A DNA stretch of 64,000 nucleotides from Octopus bimaculoides (lineage: Eukaryota): assembly GCF_001194135.2 (NCBI RefSeq), contig NC_068989.1:65351135-65415134 (forward strand), given 5' to 3'. Positions 37,949 to 52,605 of the stretch are shown one piece after another. The notes beneath the pieces are model-generated. The model made no database searches, was not told the origin of the DNA, and saw nothing but the letters and a program-made list of their open reading frames with translations. Each line of letters starts with the position of its first letter. Within the stretch, counting starts at the first letter, position 1. A program made the translations under genes and the position numbers.

Positions 37949-39124
37949 TTATTATTATATATATCAGTATTTTTGATTAGCACTTGTCAAACTGCCGTAA
38001 TGTTGTCTTGCTACAAATCTAAGCGATAGAATGAATTGTATCTATACTGGCTATTCTGAATTGCCTGTATATAAGTGTACCCAAAATGTGATACGCACCA
38101 TTTTGTTATTATTATTTTATAAAGATCTTGCGTGAAGTCTTATTATAATATTACATTTTACTGTTGTCACCTGCAGTAACATAAAGGTCAATGGTAAATT
38201 ATGCTCATACAACAACAACAATAACAACAAAATTAACATATTTCTGTAACGTGATTCAACCTGAGTGAGCAATAGACATAAAATACACGTTTATATTTCA
38301 AAGGCAGGCAACATAATATCAAATATCTGTCATGCTGCTAATTGAATGGTGTGGTTAGACATTGGTCGGCTGTATCATAAATCGAGCTTTGATTGGGTAA
38401 TGCAACAAAACGGTCTGTCATTACGTAGAAAATATGGCGTTGCTTTTATGCAATTATTAAGGATACGCACTTAACAGTAATATAATTCACATTTACTTAT
38501 CAGCGTCTGAAAATATCAAATGAATATCATCTCCGACTTTCAAACGTGAATGTAAATGATATTTCGGCTTTCCAACGAACGCAAACAACATGAGAAACGC
38601 ACAGTCTTGGAAAATCTAGAAACTTTATTGAACTTAAAAGTGGATTAGTCAACGGTATTCTCTGAAGTGGACAGTCGTCATATAAACATTATTACAACTA
38701 TTAGGCGTTTAATATTGATTTCTTCTGTTCAGTTACAAACTCATTTTTTTCTTATTCAAGAGAGGAAGTACAGTTGGTTCCCTTTGCTGAGTGAATCAAA
38801 TAGGAAAATCGAACCAGTGTTAATTTTAATTTTATTTTTATTATTATTCAGAATGTGGAGAAATTGGTACTAAAAACATTTAAATGCATTTAGCCTAGAG
38901 CTTTGGCTATTCATCTTTCTAAATGTCACTTTATGTGCCTTTAAACGTATTTAAATTATTATAATTATAGCATATAATTTATCTTGACAGATGTCGTGTA
39001 ACGTTAAGATTTTAATAAATACTTTCAGATATTCTGTATTTTGATTAATCTTTTTGTACTCAAAATTAAGAATATTTTTCATATCTGGCAATATAAGTTG
39101 TAGGTGAATAAACTCACAGACACG

Positions 39125-39174
<50 letters not shown>

Positions 39175-39334
39175 AACACACACGCATACGCGCACACACA
39201 CAAACACGCACACATACACACGCACACAAACACACACGCACGCACACATACACGCGCAAATATATATATATATAATGTAAATAAACAATATAATATACTA
39301 CTATATTACTTACACACACACACACGGACACACA

Positions 39335-39404
<70 letters not shown>

Positions 39405-41671
39405 ATATAAATATATAATATAATACAATATTAAATATACATACATACATATACGTTTTACTGTGTATGTGTGTTTGTGTATTTGTGTGAGTAAGTATAT
39501 GTATATAAAAATTTTGAGTAAATTTAAGGCTGACCCAAAATATCATGAAAGTTAAAATCATATAGTGAATTAATTTAACAAGAATTTGATATAAAATTAG
39601 AGTGCAAATATCAATAAACGCTTGTGATTCAATTTAAAATAGAAGTTGGAAAATAATCAATAAAACAAATTCGACGTTAATGAATAGAAATCAAAGTAAA
39701 TGACTTGGATATGTGATTTTTTTGACCATTTAAAATGTAGATCTAGAACTAACTGTACCTATGTAATTATCGCACGCGTTTCTATTGATTTCTATCTGCT
39801 GTGTTCTTTATACGTAATTTCAGCGAAGGCTGTCAAAAACTGTATTGCTTCAAATTGATCCCCATCGCATTATAAAGATATCAAAGGAGTTAGGTTTTTA
39901 TGCGTGGAAAAATTTATAGCATTAGAAATGTATGACATATTTCATTTGGATACATCTGTCAAATGTATAGGAACATTAAATGTTCAAAACGGTTTTTGGC
40001 TCTCTTTTACGAACGTGTGAAACAATAAAACGTTGTCATTTTGCTGTGATAGCCATTTTCAGTGATTCTAGCGTGCAGTTAGGAATAAAATAGCAGAAGA
40101 GATGTAATTTTCAAAGCTTGTGCAATAACGAGCAAGAAATCACTGATAAAAAGCCCAACAGCATTACTGAGGGACATCAAAGTAAACTCTAGCCAATAAA
40201 TTCTGAAGAACAAGAAAATATTTGCATAAAGATGCCTAATTAGAGGTAACTCTTCTACTCGGATTTCGGCAAAGAGCGGCAATAAATTTAACGGAGAAAA
40301 AAAACACAAGCCTGATTCAATGGAATAAATTTATAGCGTCTGACTTTTAAAACATCGAAAATTCCGTTCTAGGCTGCAATTATGGCTTGTCAGTTCATAC
40401 TGCAGCCTAGATTAGCTGCAACTACTTTCTGATGCTGTGGTGTAGTGACATGAGTCATAACTTTTTAGAGAAAGTATGCAGATCAATTGTGAAGCTGATG
40501 TCACAAGGAAATAAAAGGTAGAAGCGTACAACAAGGCAAGACAATGGATGCTGCTGAATTAATTAATATATACGCTGGATAAATTCGGATTTTCGTATTA
40601 AGTAAGATTTGGGTGTTTTAATGATATTGTAATTTTTATCAGTGTTTTGCCTATATTAACTTGTCTTCTCACAGAGGTATAACTTAATATTCGATCAATG
40701 AATTATGATGAATCATAAAAACGCGGTTTACTACAAGATGAGATAACCATATAATTAACGGATTTCCTGACATTCCTACATCACTTGATAAAATAAGCAT
40801 GGTACTGGGTTTGTTATGGGTTTAATATGGATATGTTTAGCCCCAGGACATCTCGCATTCAGCAGATCTATTATCAATGCCCGACATTATAATCGTATCT
40901 TTATTTATTTATACGATGCAATCTGTGTAATATGTTCTTGGTTTTGAAAACGGCATTTATTCTGCCTGCTTCCGTTCTGGATTCATCAATTTTACAGTTC
41001 ATCTTTCCAAAGTCGAAAATAATGTCCCAGCTTATGGTGAAGGACTGGTCAAGTAGCTAGGGTTTCAGACAAGAAGACTTGCACTATCTTATTATGGCTC
41101 TCTGCATTCTGAGTTCAAACCCTGCCGTCGCCTGGTTGGTTAGTTTAATTAATCCATCGTCCGGATTAATGCCACCACCTTCTCTCGAGTACCTTTTGTG
41201 GAGTCTTCTGTTTCAGGAATTCTGGACAGGTTTCTCGTACAAATAAACCTTTCCTTCATCTCCACCAGTTCCAAGGCCCGTAAGTGGATCCTAATCGTTA
41301 TCCCTCTTACTGGGTATACGATAAAAGAAGGGCGTAGAAAGTGATGTTCGGCTCGTGTTTAATGATCAGAGCATGATAATTAGTCAACGCAGAAGTAGTT
41401 TTTTATTTACTCTGGTTTAAGTCGATCCAGCGTATAGAGTAATAGAAACGAAGAGCGACAAGATAAATATGTAAGGAACAATTAATTTGTATTTAGATTC
41501 AAATCTTATGCGATCACTTTATAGCTCCATTTTCCAAGACTTACAAAACTTAATACTAGCATCTGGTAATACTGTACACCGCTACCAAAACTTGTGTCCT
41601 GCTGCATTCGGTATGCCACTATTTGTATGTGCGTGCGTATGCGTGTGCATGTGTGTGTATGTGATTGTGTG

Positions 41672-41709
<38 letters not shown>

Positions 41710-41858
41710 CATTGTTGAGACAATGACGAAGTGTTTAGATAGTCACTCGGCTTGACATAAATAGTATACATATCTTCAGCATACACCTCATTAAGGTATG
41801 ATTTAAAAGGAACACGTATAAGTCATGCTTGAAAGAGAGAGCGGAAGAGAGAGAGAAA

Positions 41859-41899
<41 letters not shown>

Positions 41900-42928
41900 A
41901 CACACAGAGACAAACAGACAGACAGACAGGCAGGCAGGCAGGCAGAAAGAGAAAGAGGAGGGGTAACCGCCTCTTCAACATCATTGATCATGGGTCTGCT
42001 TGCTGAGAACTAATCTATGGTTAAACAACAACAAGAATAGCGATAATCAATATATAGAAATAACAATCTACTAGGATCGATTTACACAAATATTTCTGTC
42101 TCTCTAGAATAATTGGAATAAGGAATCGATATTTAGATATAACACGGCTACGTAGCGGACACTTTATAGCAACCGGACAAATGCATAACAGGATTTGTTC
42201 CGTCCTTCTCGTTCCTAATTTCATATCACATATCCGCTAATTTTCCTTATCACTACCCTCGTCATTGATTAAATAATCACCAGTTATGTACTCAGTTCTA
42301 CACAATACCTGTATACCTCACCACTGATGTGTGGTATTATATGTGTATGAGGTGAATGATAAATGAAACGCATTCCAGACATAACAATCCCGCTGCATTT
42401 CTTCAGGCATTCTGTGTTTTGAAACACACTATTCAATGCATCTTTCGTGAGTTTTATTTCTATTTTTTTTTAATCCTCGCTGTTGATTGTTTTTAACCCT
42501 AGGCTAGCACTGATCGTGTGCACCCTTGGTTACATACGTTCTGACCTCTAGAGACCATACAGTCAATCAAGAAAAACGAAGACTTACAAATTGTTTTACA
42601 GGACCTCAAGAAATTCCTATACATGCATACATACGCATATTCATTAACACACTCACATATACACGCGCGCGCGCACACAAAGGCGCACACATATTTCATA
42701 TGTCTCATTGAGGTATGGATGATGTCATACGATTTGGGACACACTTCATTTCTGCTTCCTTAAGCGTCATCAGCGAAAGGCTCTGAGTCAGTTGTGCTTA
42801 GCCTCTAATAAGAGTTGTTCTTAATAATATTAATAAAGAATACCTCAGAAAATAATTCATTTAATGATGTGCGCAAAGCTTGACGAAACTGGAATTAATT
42901 AACTGGAGTTGCACGTAACAGCGTATAT

Positions 42929-43142
42929 TTAACCCTTAAGTATTCAGATTACTCTGTCAAATGTGATGCTTATTTATGCATATTGTTTTGTATAAAACAT
43001 GCCCTATCTTGTAGTTTTGAGTTTTCAATGATGTGCCTATTTATCTTAAGAATGACATTGTCGGGTAGATGTGAGAGGCCGGATCTGGCTATTTTGAAGC
43101 TACAAATAGAATATCCGGGCTGGCTTTAATGGTAAACGGTTC
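42929..43142 (+). mobile_element. piggyBac-like MITE (TTAA-CCCT left terminus), degenerate
   Basis: Starts ttaacccttaagtattcag. Its internal sequence recurs inverted at 44124-44295. Confidence 0.55.
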
Positions 43143-44123
43143 ACATGTTGTTCACAAAGAAATATAAGTAAAATAAGTAATCGGTTGATGCAGGATGTAG
43201 AAACTGCAACCTAGGTAACGTCTACTTCAAATTCCTATCTGATATATTCGAAGGTTCTCGTGTATCTTTCTATGGTCGGGTAAAGCGTAGATCTCTTCTC
43301 TTTTCTTTAAAACTCAAGCTTAGCTGTGTAAAAATCTAAATCGGCTGTTACTTCCGCAGGCATAACAGGTGAACTTTTTTTTCCCATCACCACAAGTCAG
43401 ATTGCGTTCACGCTGTTGTCATAAAAGTAAACATATGACTTGAGACCATTGCGAACTAGATAGAAAGACAACGCGTGTCTGTTCACGAATGAAAGAAACA
43501 TGTGTTTGAATTTCGATAAAAAGGAAGAGGATTCCATATGTGCCTACAAGACCAAAACAGCGACTAAAGTGAACGCTGGTAGAAATGCGTCATGTATTGT
43601 TCTTTATCAAACAGAACATGGCATATAAAAATGTGTATAGGTCTTTAAAATTGAAGACGAGGATAGTTAACAGGCGGAGTTTGTACCGCAGATATGGATT
43701 AGTGCGTGTGATCTTTTTATGGCAGTTGAATGAATTTCAGCTTTCTGACAAGTGATCTTTGCAAATTAGTTGTTGCTGAAAGGTACAGATTTTGTTTTCA
43801 ATACCTCTGGCTATAAAAGTGTGAACTTGTATAACTGATATTGCTTCTGTTTCTATTTTCAATCTACTTTTTTTTAATATTATTATTACCAAGGTTTTGC
43901 AAATTATTAGGAAGAGTATTTTCTGTTGCAATGTTTGCGTGTCGTCTATCTTCACGAGCTCCCAATAGACGCAAACATAAAATCTCAATTAAGCAATGTT
44001 TGTAAGGGTAAAATATGTGAAATATTTACAAGATTAAGTGTTATTTCACACTGCAATTTAACGGGGTTGATAAGCAGTCAAAATTATTTTATTGCCAAAA
44101 TGGCATGAACAATTTCATTTGAT

Positions 44124-44295
44124 TTAACCATTTAACACTTAAAACGGCTATATACAGCACGAATATTTTACGTGTTTTATGTTAAAACTAACCAGATCCA
44201 GTCCCCCACACCTACCTTGTAATGTCATTATTAATATAAACAATCCCATCATCGACATATTGAAGCTATAAAATAATGCAAAAGAATATGAATGC
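44124..44295 (-). mobile_element. Second copy of the piggyBac-like MITE
   Basis: ccagatccagtcccccacacctaccttgtaatgtcatt is the approximate reverse complement of aatgacattgtcgggtagatgtgagaggccggatctgg at 43051-43088. Confidence 0.6.
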
Positions 44296-44429
44296 TTAAG
44301 TTTCGTAGTAAACTAGGCAGAAGAACCCATTCATTCAAATAATATTAACATCAACAGCAGTAAAAGAAGCGGTAGTAGCAAGAGTAACAACAATAATGGT
44401 ATCTCATAGAAGCTCCATTCCACCAACTT

Positions 44430-44800
44430 TGCAGAGAAATGGACACTGATAATTGACTACGACTTTAATCTATCAACCCCGAATGGGTAAAAAGAACAGT
44501 CTGGGACGACGGCTTTGAATTCAGAGCATAAAGAGCCAGGAGGAATGCCGCAAAATATTTTGTCCGACGAGCTAACGATTCTGTCGGCATCTCTCTGCAT
44601 TACAATAGTAACAAAAAAACAAAGCCTGAGAAGTGCCGAGGTGAGACTAGTCGATTACATCGACCCTGTTCTTCAACTGGCACGTATTATATAGATCATG
44701 AAAATGAAAGTTGACTTAGATGGAATTTGAACTCAGAGCGTAAGGGGTGATGAAATATATCGATAAGCAATTTGCCCAGCGAGTTAAATATTCTGCCATT
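44430..44800 (-). mobile_element. Two tandem degenerate SINE family B copies
   Basis: Repeated gaattcagagc/gaactcagagc cores and 5' ends at ~44593 and ~44800. Confidence 0.7.
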
Positions 44801-45032
44801 TTCAATTTTTAATGATACCATGACGAGGAAAATGATGGCAACAACAACGATGATGACGATGATAGTGATCAAGATTTTTTATCGTAATGTTGGGATACAA
44901 ATCATACACACATAATCTCATCTTCACTATGTTGGAGAGGATGTTAAGTTCGGACTTTTCTAGTGATATTTATCATCTACTAACTGTTTCATTCATTAGA
45001 TTGCAGCCATACTTGGGCATGTAGTGTGTGTG

Positions 45033-45092
<60 letters not shown>

Positions 45093-48000
45093 CGTGCGCG
45101 CATTTATATGTATGTACACATTTATAAAGTTTAATGATTCTGTTTCAACTGAGCATCATCGGTTTGTCGGCAGCTTCTTATACTACTATAAGACCGCTCT
45201 CTGCCTTCAATTAAAAGTAATATACATATATAGCCGAGAATCAGTTATAAATGTTTCATAAACTGTGATATCAAATTTTACTGCTACATTGTTAAACACA
45301 GTGGTTTTAGTTGCTAATAAATTCCATTTAAAACCTGCGTGACTTTTCCACTAGAACTTTTAATATGCTACATACGGTGTGTTTCTATCCCACATTTTAT
45401 ACAATTGTATGTAAGCATGCATTATTAAATGACAATTGCATTTATACTTAATCACTGCCTTGGGAGAATCTAATATAATCCCAAGTGTCACGTGCACATA
45501 AGTACAATAGAGCGGGAATGGGTGAGATGGAGATGATTGGACGATTGGTGTGGGAGAGATAAGGTAGGGGAGACAACGATTTTACGAATTTCGTTTGCAG
45601 ATTCGATGATTCATTATCACAGATGATATAGTGAAAGATAATATATATAGTTAAGGGTCACTTTAAGAGATCGTATCCGTTGTAATACAGCAGCCATCAG
45701 AATGTCGCTGCTGCTAGACGATAGCATGGCGCCTGTTTGTAAAATTCACATTAATATAGTACGTGAAAAGTAGATTCTACATTAAGGAATGTCTTAAATT
45801 AACCAGTAATGAAATGCGAAATGAAACCGTGTATTTAAATATTAAGTAAATAATTTCGTTTTCTTTTCTCTTCTTTACTTTTTACACGTGTGTGTGTGTG
45901 CGTATGCATATATATATATNNNNNNNNNNNNNNNNNNNNNNNNNNNNNNNNNNNNNNNNNNNNNNNNNNNNNNNNNNNNNNNNNNNNNNNNNNNNNNNNN
46001 NNNNNNNNNNNNNNNNNNNNNNNNNNNNNNNNNNNNNNNNNNNNNNNNNNNNNNNNNNNNNNNNNNNNNNNNNNNNNNNNNNNNNNNNNNNNNNNNNNNN
46101 NNNNNNNNNNNNNNNNNNNNNNNNNNNNNNNNNNNNNNNNNNNNNNNNNNNNNNNNNNNNNNNNNNNNNNNNNNNNNNNNNNNNNNNNNNNNNNNNNNNN
46201 NNNNNNNNNNNNNNNNNNNNNNNNNNNNNNNNNNNNNNNNNNNNNNNNNNNNNNNNNNNNNNNNNNNNNNNNNNNNNNNNNNNNNNNNNNNNNNNNNNNN
46301 NNNNNNNNNNNNNNNNNNNNNNNNNNNNNNNNNNNNNNNNNNNNNNNNNNNNNNNNNNNNNNNNNNNNNNNNNNNNNNNNNNNNNNNNNNNNNNNNNNNN
46401 NNNNNNNNNNNNNNNNNNNNNNNNNNNNNNNNNNNNNNNNNNNNNNNNNNNNNNNNNNNNNNNNNNNNNNNNNNNNNNNNNNNNNNNNNNNNNNAGTATC
46501 AATTTAATACCAGGGAACAAGCACATTATTCATAAGTTTAATTGCGACGCATAACATCTCCCCTCCTCTCTCTCTCCCCTCCTCTCTCTCTCTCCCCTCC
46601 TCTCTCTCTCTCCCCTCCTCTCTCTCTCTCTCTGTCCTTGTTTAGATGAGTGTGCTTGTTTGCATGTGTATGCGTGTGCTTGTGTATGTGTGTGCTTGCC
46701 TGTGCTTGTGTAAGTGCATGTATACGTATATACATAAACACGCATTCAAACACACTCATGTATATGCAAAGGACTCGACTTTCTTACATATTCTTCGACA
46801 ATTTGTGAGAAAGCGGATCTAGTTTTTTTCATTCGCAAAATATGCATTTTTCAAAAGGAAGTGAAAAATTTGAAAATCGGCTATAGTAATGTAGCTTTCC
46901 TGTCTCATTGCTTTGAACGTATCATGTTGTGGAGAAAAAAAAATTGGAGAAAAAAGTTACAGAGATTTAAAAATCGCAAAAAACTGGGTATTTTTTATCC
47001 AATAGTGAGACAGATATTTTCTGCGTTTAGCAGAGTGGTGTCAACCTGTAACATTTATAGTTTAGCGTCTGACCTATTCGTAGTAGGTTTCTAAATAAAC
47101 AGAAATACATAATAAAATCAACATATATCATCTTACTGTTTCTTTTGTCTCTTCATTGATTGTATTTTTTTAATCATTGTAAAAAAATTGGTTATATTGA
47201 TATATGTCTGGGTGTGTTTACTTTATGCGTATTTCAGTATTATGTATACCTGTCATGTATTTGTGTACATCATTAATATATAAGTGCATGTGAGTGTGTG
47301 TGGTGTGTGAAAAGGGGGCGTCTGTCTCAAAAACCTCAAAGTTTAGTAACATTTTCATGCTTGGATTTGTAAACTACGATAAGAATGGCACTGGTCAACA
47401 AAGAATTTGTCCCAAGGGAAAGAATACCTGTATCTTATGTCTTTGCTTGCAGAATTCAAAAATAATGTTAGATTATTTGTGTCACCCACAGTTTCTCTGT
47501 TCCGCGATATCCCAACTCCTAATTTAACATTTTTATTAACAGAATTAACCTAATGAAATCATAAATCCAGCTATCTGAATTAATGAATCTCACCACCAAA
47601 AAAAAAAAAAGAAAAAAAAGTGAAATGAAAAATATGTAAAAATACTAGCACACAGAAAAAGCATAGAAAAATACATACACACAGAAGCACAGAAAAATAT
47701 GTAATATACTAACACACAGAAAAGTTGAAACAAAACACGCGAGTGAAAAGAATCACGTGGTATGGAGATTCAAGTGTGGAAAATCAACATAGACAACAGC
47801 GACACAGACAACATTGAACCACAACACAGCGTGTGGTTGTCAAGACAACAAGCTGCTAATGCCACGCTGTCTGTTGATTGGCTAAAATTACCCAAATTTC
47901 CCAATTTTAATGCCAAATAACATCAGATTCTTTAATTTACGAGATAAAGTAATTAGTTGATCGCAGGCAATATTCAGAGTTGCATCGAGATACCAACATT

Positions 48001-48335
48001 GAAAGCAATCTGAGCAAAATTAAGCGGGGTTCATTTTTGCGAATGAGAAACATTAGATTCGAGAAAGCTCAGCTAAAGTACTTGGTCACTTACTAATTCA
48101 CTTTTGGAAGTCTATTACAGTCTTTGTCGTTGGAAGGGGGGGGGGGGCGAGAGCCGGACTTAAAATATACGAAGCTGTAAGACAGTATAGCCACTGTAAG
48201 ATAGCATTTGTCACTTTAACACTAACTGTATAAACTCATAGAATATATATGTGCACGAGATGTGTGTATGTACGTTTAAGTATATGCGTGTGTTTATATA
48301 CGCGTACAGATAAATATACACACATATACACATAT

Positions 48336-48382
48336 ATTTTCTGATTCGAAGTCAGACGCCTTGCCCACTAGGTCACGTGGCC
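48336..48382 (-). pseudogene. 5' fragment of tRNA-Arg(TCG), or the head of an Arg-tRNA-derived SINE
   Basis: Minus strand GGCCACGTGACCTAGTGGGCAAGGCGTCTGACTTCGAATCAGAAAAT has a perfect anticodon stem TCTGA/TCAGA with loop CT-TCG-AA. The T arm and 3' acceptor strand are missing. Confidence 0.75.
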
Positions 48383-48383
48383 G

Positions 48384-48718
48384 GAAGGCGCGTGGCTTAG
48401 TGGTTAGAGTGCCGGGCTCACAATCATGAGGTAGTGAGTTCGATTCCCAGACCGGGCTGTGTGCTGCGTTCTTGAGCAAGACTCTTTATTTCACGTTGTT
48501 TCAGTTCACTCAGCTGTAGAAATGAGATGCGACATCACTGGTGTCAAGCTGTATCGGCCTTTGCCTTTCCTTTGGGCAACATCGGTGGCCTGGAGTGGGG
48601 AGGCGGGTATGTACAAGTCATTACTGGCTTTCCCTACACAACCTTGCCCGGACTTGTGCCTCGAGGGAGAACTTTCTAAGTGCAATCCCATGGTCATTCA
48701 TGACTGAAGGGAGTTTTT
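48384..48718 (+). mobile_element. SINE family C, full length
   Basis: A box tggcttagtgg, B box gttcgattcc and the CORE-like segment are present. Aligns to 5704-6026 in reverse. Confidence 0.92.
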
Positions 48719-50041
48719 AAACATATATGATAATTGTTAGCGTCATAAGAATGTATAAACTTTCGAGAGAACGTGGAATAGCTCATTTTTCGCAATGGTT
48801 CACGAAGTACATCAAAGCTATATATAATAACAGGTAAATACTGAATAGAAAACTGCTCTTCGACCTTCTCTGTTCAACAGGCTTTTTCAACCCAATATTT
48901 ACATGCAATTATTTATAGCTTTTTATATATTGCGACAACCAATTCCTACAAAGATTCATAAATTCGAAATGAATTAAAATGAATATAACGATTACTAGGA
49001 TGTGAGTGTGTTTGTAGGTTCCATAAATTCGTTGGTACGTGTAAGCATTAATGAGAGTAAAAGGTGTCGTGTGTATATTTGGGAAAATAGATGTATGTAC
49101 ATACATATGTATGTGTATAAGTGTGAATAAGTGTATATGTATATATATATGCGTGCGTGTTCAAGTAAATTTGTTGGTTTAATAGCCTTTCTTAATGGCT
49201 TCAAAAACAACACAAATAAAGATCGTAAAAGTGATGCTATATGTCTAAAATTAAGTCTGCAGTGTGACAGAATTTAGTATCCTGCTGTGTTGAAGATGTG
49301 AGAATATGTCATTAGTTTTCTTTGAAGTGGACCGTAAGAAGCACAACAGCTGGTTAATTAATAAAGTTTATTTATTTATTTATTTATTTATTTTGCACTC
49401 TCATCCATAAATGTTTACCCTTCTTGGTGTGTTCTGCTACCAGCGCTGGCTTCACTACTAGTCAGGCTGAGATAAAGCAAGGTGTAACGGTATCGGTCAC
49501 TCTCCTGACAGCTTCTTGGTCAAGCCTGTGAAAGTGGAGACCACCGGCGTTCTTGGCGCCCCCGGACCATATCCCTCCTCATCGCTATCAGGGTAGTGAT
49601 GGCTGTTCGCAATTGTGACCCCGTGAGTCAGATTGGATGTTCCAGTGCATCTTCTACGCCATCCTCTAGGGGCAACGCCTTCTCCGTTTTGTCTGCTGGA
49701 ATCATGAGGTGGTCTGACTTACAGGGAATTGTACGTTCCGCATCTTAACGTACCCCCCCCCCTAACACATACATCTAACTACTTTATAATTTGGAGTCTC
49801 TTGGGCCAAAACAAATCCGATTTAGTTCTCCTCTTTTGATGTCAATGCAAACATCGAAATGATATCTATTTCTTTGTATATATTATTCTCTGCCTACCAA
49901 ATATCGCTCTCATACATCTCTTTCTCTTTTCACCCCCCTCTTTATACTTCTTTATCCTACACTTCCAACCGACGATGATGTGTTTGCTGTTTAAGGTTCA
50001 AGGAGTATAATGTTCTTTTGTGCTATGCTTTGTTTCCCTTC

Positions 50042-50497
50042 TATTCTTTTATTCTTTTACTTGTTTCTTTTCACTGCGGCCATGCTGGAGCACCACCTTT
50101 AGTCGAACAAATCGACCCCAGGAATTATTCTTTTGTAAGCCTAGTACTTATTCTATCGGTCATTTTTTGCCGAACCGCTAGGTTACGGGGATGTAAACAC
50201 CAGCATCGGTTGTCAAGCGATGGTGGGAGCACAAATACAAACAAATACAGACATACACACNNNNNNNNNNNNNNNNNNNNNNNNNNNNNNNNNNNNNNNN
50301 NNNNNNNNNNNNNNNNNNNNNNATATATATATACGACGGATTTCTTTCAGTTTCCGTCTACCAAATCCACTCACAAGGCATTGGTCGGCCGGAGGCTATA
50401 GGAGAAGACACTTGCCCAAGATGTTACGCAATGGGACTGAACCCAGAACCATGTGGTTAGGAAGCAAGTTTCTTACTACACAGCCACCCTTGTGCTT
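50042..50497 (-). mobile_element. SINE family A with a gap in its internal microsatellite
   Basis: Reverse-complement match on both sides of the N-run. Confidence 0.92.
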
Positions 50498-51017
50498 ATT
50501 GTTTTTGTTTGTACTTTTTTCTCATATGATCTTTCTTGTGTGTAGAATGCTAAAAACAGAATTTCGATATAGGTATATTTAATGAGGAAAATCAAAATCT
50601 GATCTGACAGAGATTTTTATTTTACTCAGCCGAGGAAATGCATATGCCATTATTGTTGAGTGATATTATAAACGTGATGCTGATAATATATGTAACAGTT
50701 AGCAATAAACAGCAGGTAATGATGTGTTCAAAAAAATTTTGTGATATGTAACAAAGCATATTGAATGCTCTGAAATCTTTTGTCATACTTTCCATCCCAT
50801 ATTCCATATTCTCTGGATAATACATACATACGCACACACATGCATACGTACACACACACATACACTCACAGAGAAATATCCTGTGGTCACGTGACCAAGC
50901 AGGCTATCAGAAGGCGTTACAAATCGCTGGTCACAATGCGCTTTTGCATTGTTGTAGCCTTTAAATGACGCCACACCCCTGGCTAGGCAAGCAGGCCAAA
51001 ATTACCTCCTGACAGAC

Positions 51018-51051
<34 letters not shown>

Positions 51052-51520
51052 ATAGATATCGACACTTCAGCTTCTATTGCTACTTTATAGAAATCAGTCA
51101 AATCATGTATTGGCACATTGTTTAATAATCGAAGACCATTTTGTTGGTCCTATTGTTGCTAGTATTATGCTCACCCCCACCCCCGCCAACATAACGCTAT
51201 TATAGTAATTATACCCCTTTAATTCTTTCTAGATAATCATTAGTTCGATGACAGAAAATCACTATGAGTATACTTCAGTGAATAATAATTTATACCCACG
51301 ACGAGCTACTGTTTTTTAAATGATTTTAACGAAGAGAATTCCCTGAACCATTTTTTAACGAATTTTGCTTTAAAGGGCCAAACAATTAATGTAAATGCAT
51401 TAGAGGTCTCAGCATCGATTCAACTTATTGGGTTATGTCCTCTGATATTGCAATTCAACATCTGATAACGAACAACGTTAAATTTTAATTGCAGAGATAA
51501 TTATTAGTATAGCCCTTCTT

Positions 51521-51925
51521 ACTATAAGTACAAGGCCAAAAGGTTTCACATTTTGCCACATGGCTAGCAGTTTTAGGGGTTGAGGTTTAGTCGATTCCTT
51601 CGACTCCAGTGCTTATTTCATAGAACCCGAAAGGATGAAAAGCCATGACGACCTCGGTGATATTTGAACTCAGAACGTAAATTCGAAAGAAATACCATTA
51701 AGCATTTTTCTAGGCTGCTAACTAATCTCCCTCTTCGCCTCGTAGATAATCGTTAGTATAATATTGGTTTCAAATTTTGGTACAAGGCCAGAAATATCGA
51801 CTCCAGTTTTCCACTGGTGTTTATTTTATCCATCCTGAAAGGATGAAAGGCAAAGTCGACCTTGGCGGAGAAGAAATACCGTTAAGCAATTTTATGGCCT
51901 GTTAGCTATTCTGCCAGCTCGCTGC
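51521..51925 (-). mobile_element. Two tandem SINE family B copies
   Basis: 51521-51742 and 51762-51925 each carry gaaaggatgaaa...gtcgacct...agaaatacc.ttaagca. Confidence 0.82.
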
Positions 51926-52273
51926 ATTGATAATTGTTAGTATAATATTGACCGTTTGACCATAGCTTGTAACTAAGTCGATGATTTAAACGACTAGGTC
52001 TGACCCGCGAAGACAGAAACAAAGATAGACGGAAAGATTACATATAATGTTTTAATGATTAGAAAAGCGTAGAAAATGCAATGACAAATATTTTGAAAAG
52101 ACATATAACTTACAAATCGGTGATTATAGCGCGATGCATTTTCTAAGGAGATTAAGTTATTCTTGTAATTAGAATTATTATTGTAGTTGCATTGTTGCGA
52201 TCGGTGGGGCTGGTACTGTTTGGGATGTTGATACTGGGATTATCGTATCTACAATATTTACAATATTCTGTGG

Positions 52274-52545
52274 TTTATTCTTTTATTCTTTTACTTCTTT
52301 CAGTGATTTGACTTTGGCCATGCTGGAGCACCGCCTTAAGGGGTTTTAGTCGAACAAATCGAATCTAGGACTTATTCTTTGCAAGCTTGATAGTTATTCT
52401 ATCAGTCTCTTGTGCCGAAACGCTGGACGTAAATACACCAGCATCGGTTGTAAGCGGTGGTGGTGGATGAACAAACACAAAGACACAGTCACATAAACAC
52501 ACGCACTCACATACAGACACATATAAACACCTCTTACAAACATAC

Positions 52546-52605
<60 letters not shown>

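Noticed and set aside
40369-40410. Hairpin ctaggctgca...tgcagcctag as a pre-miRNA
   Set aside because: Only 42 nt with a 10-bp core stem, too short for a Drosha substrate.
45480-45560. E-box plus two ATTGG boxes as a promoter
   Set aside because: Short motifs are expected by chance, and no linked transcript start is evident.
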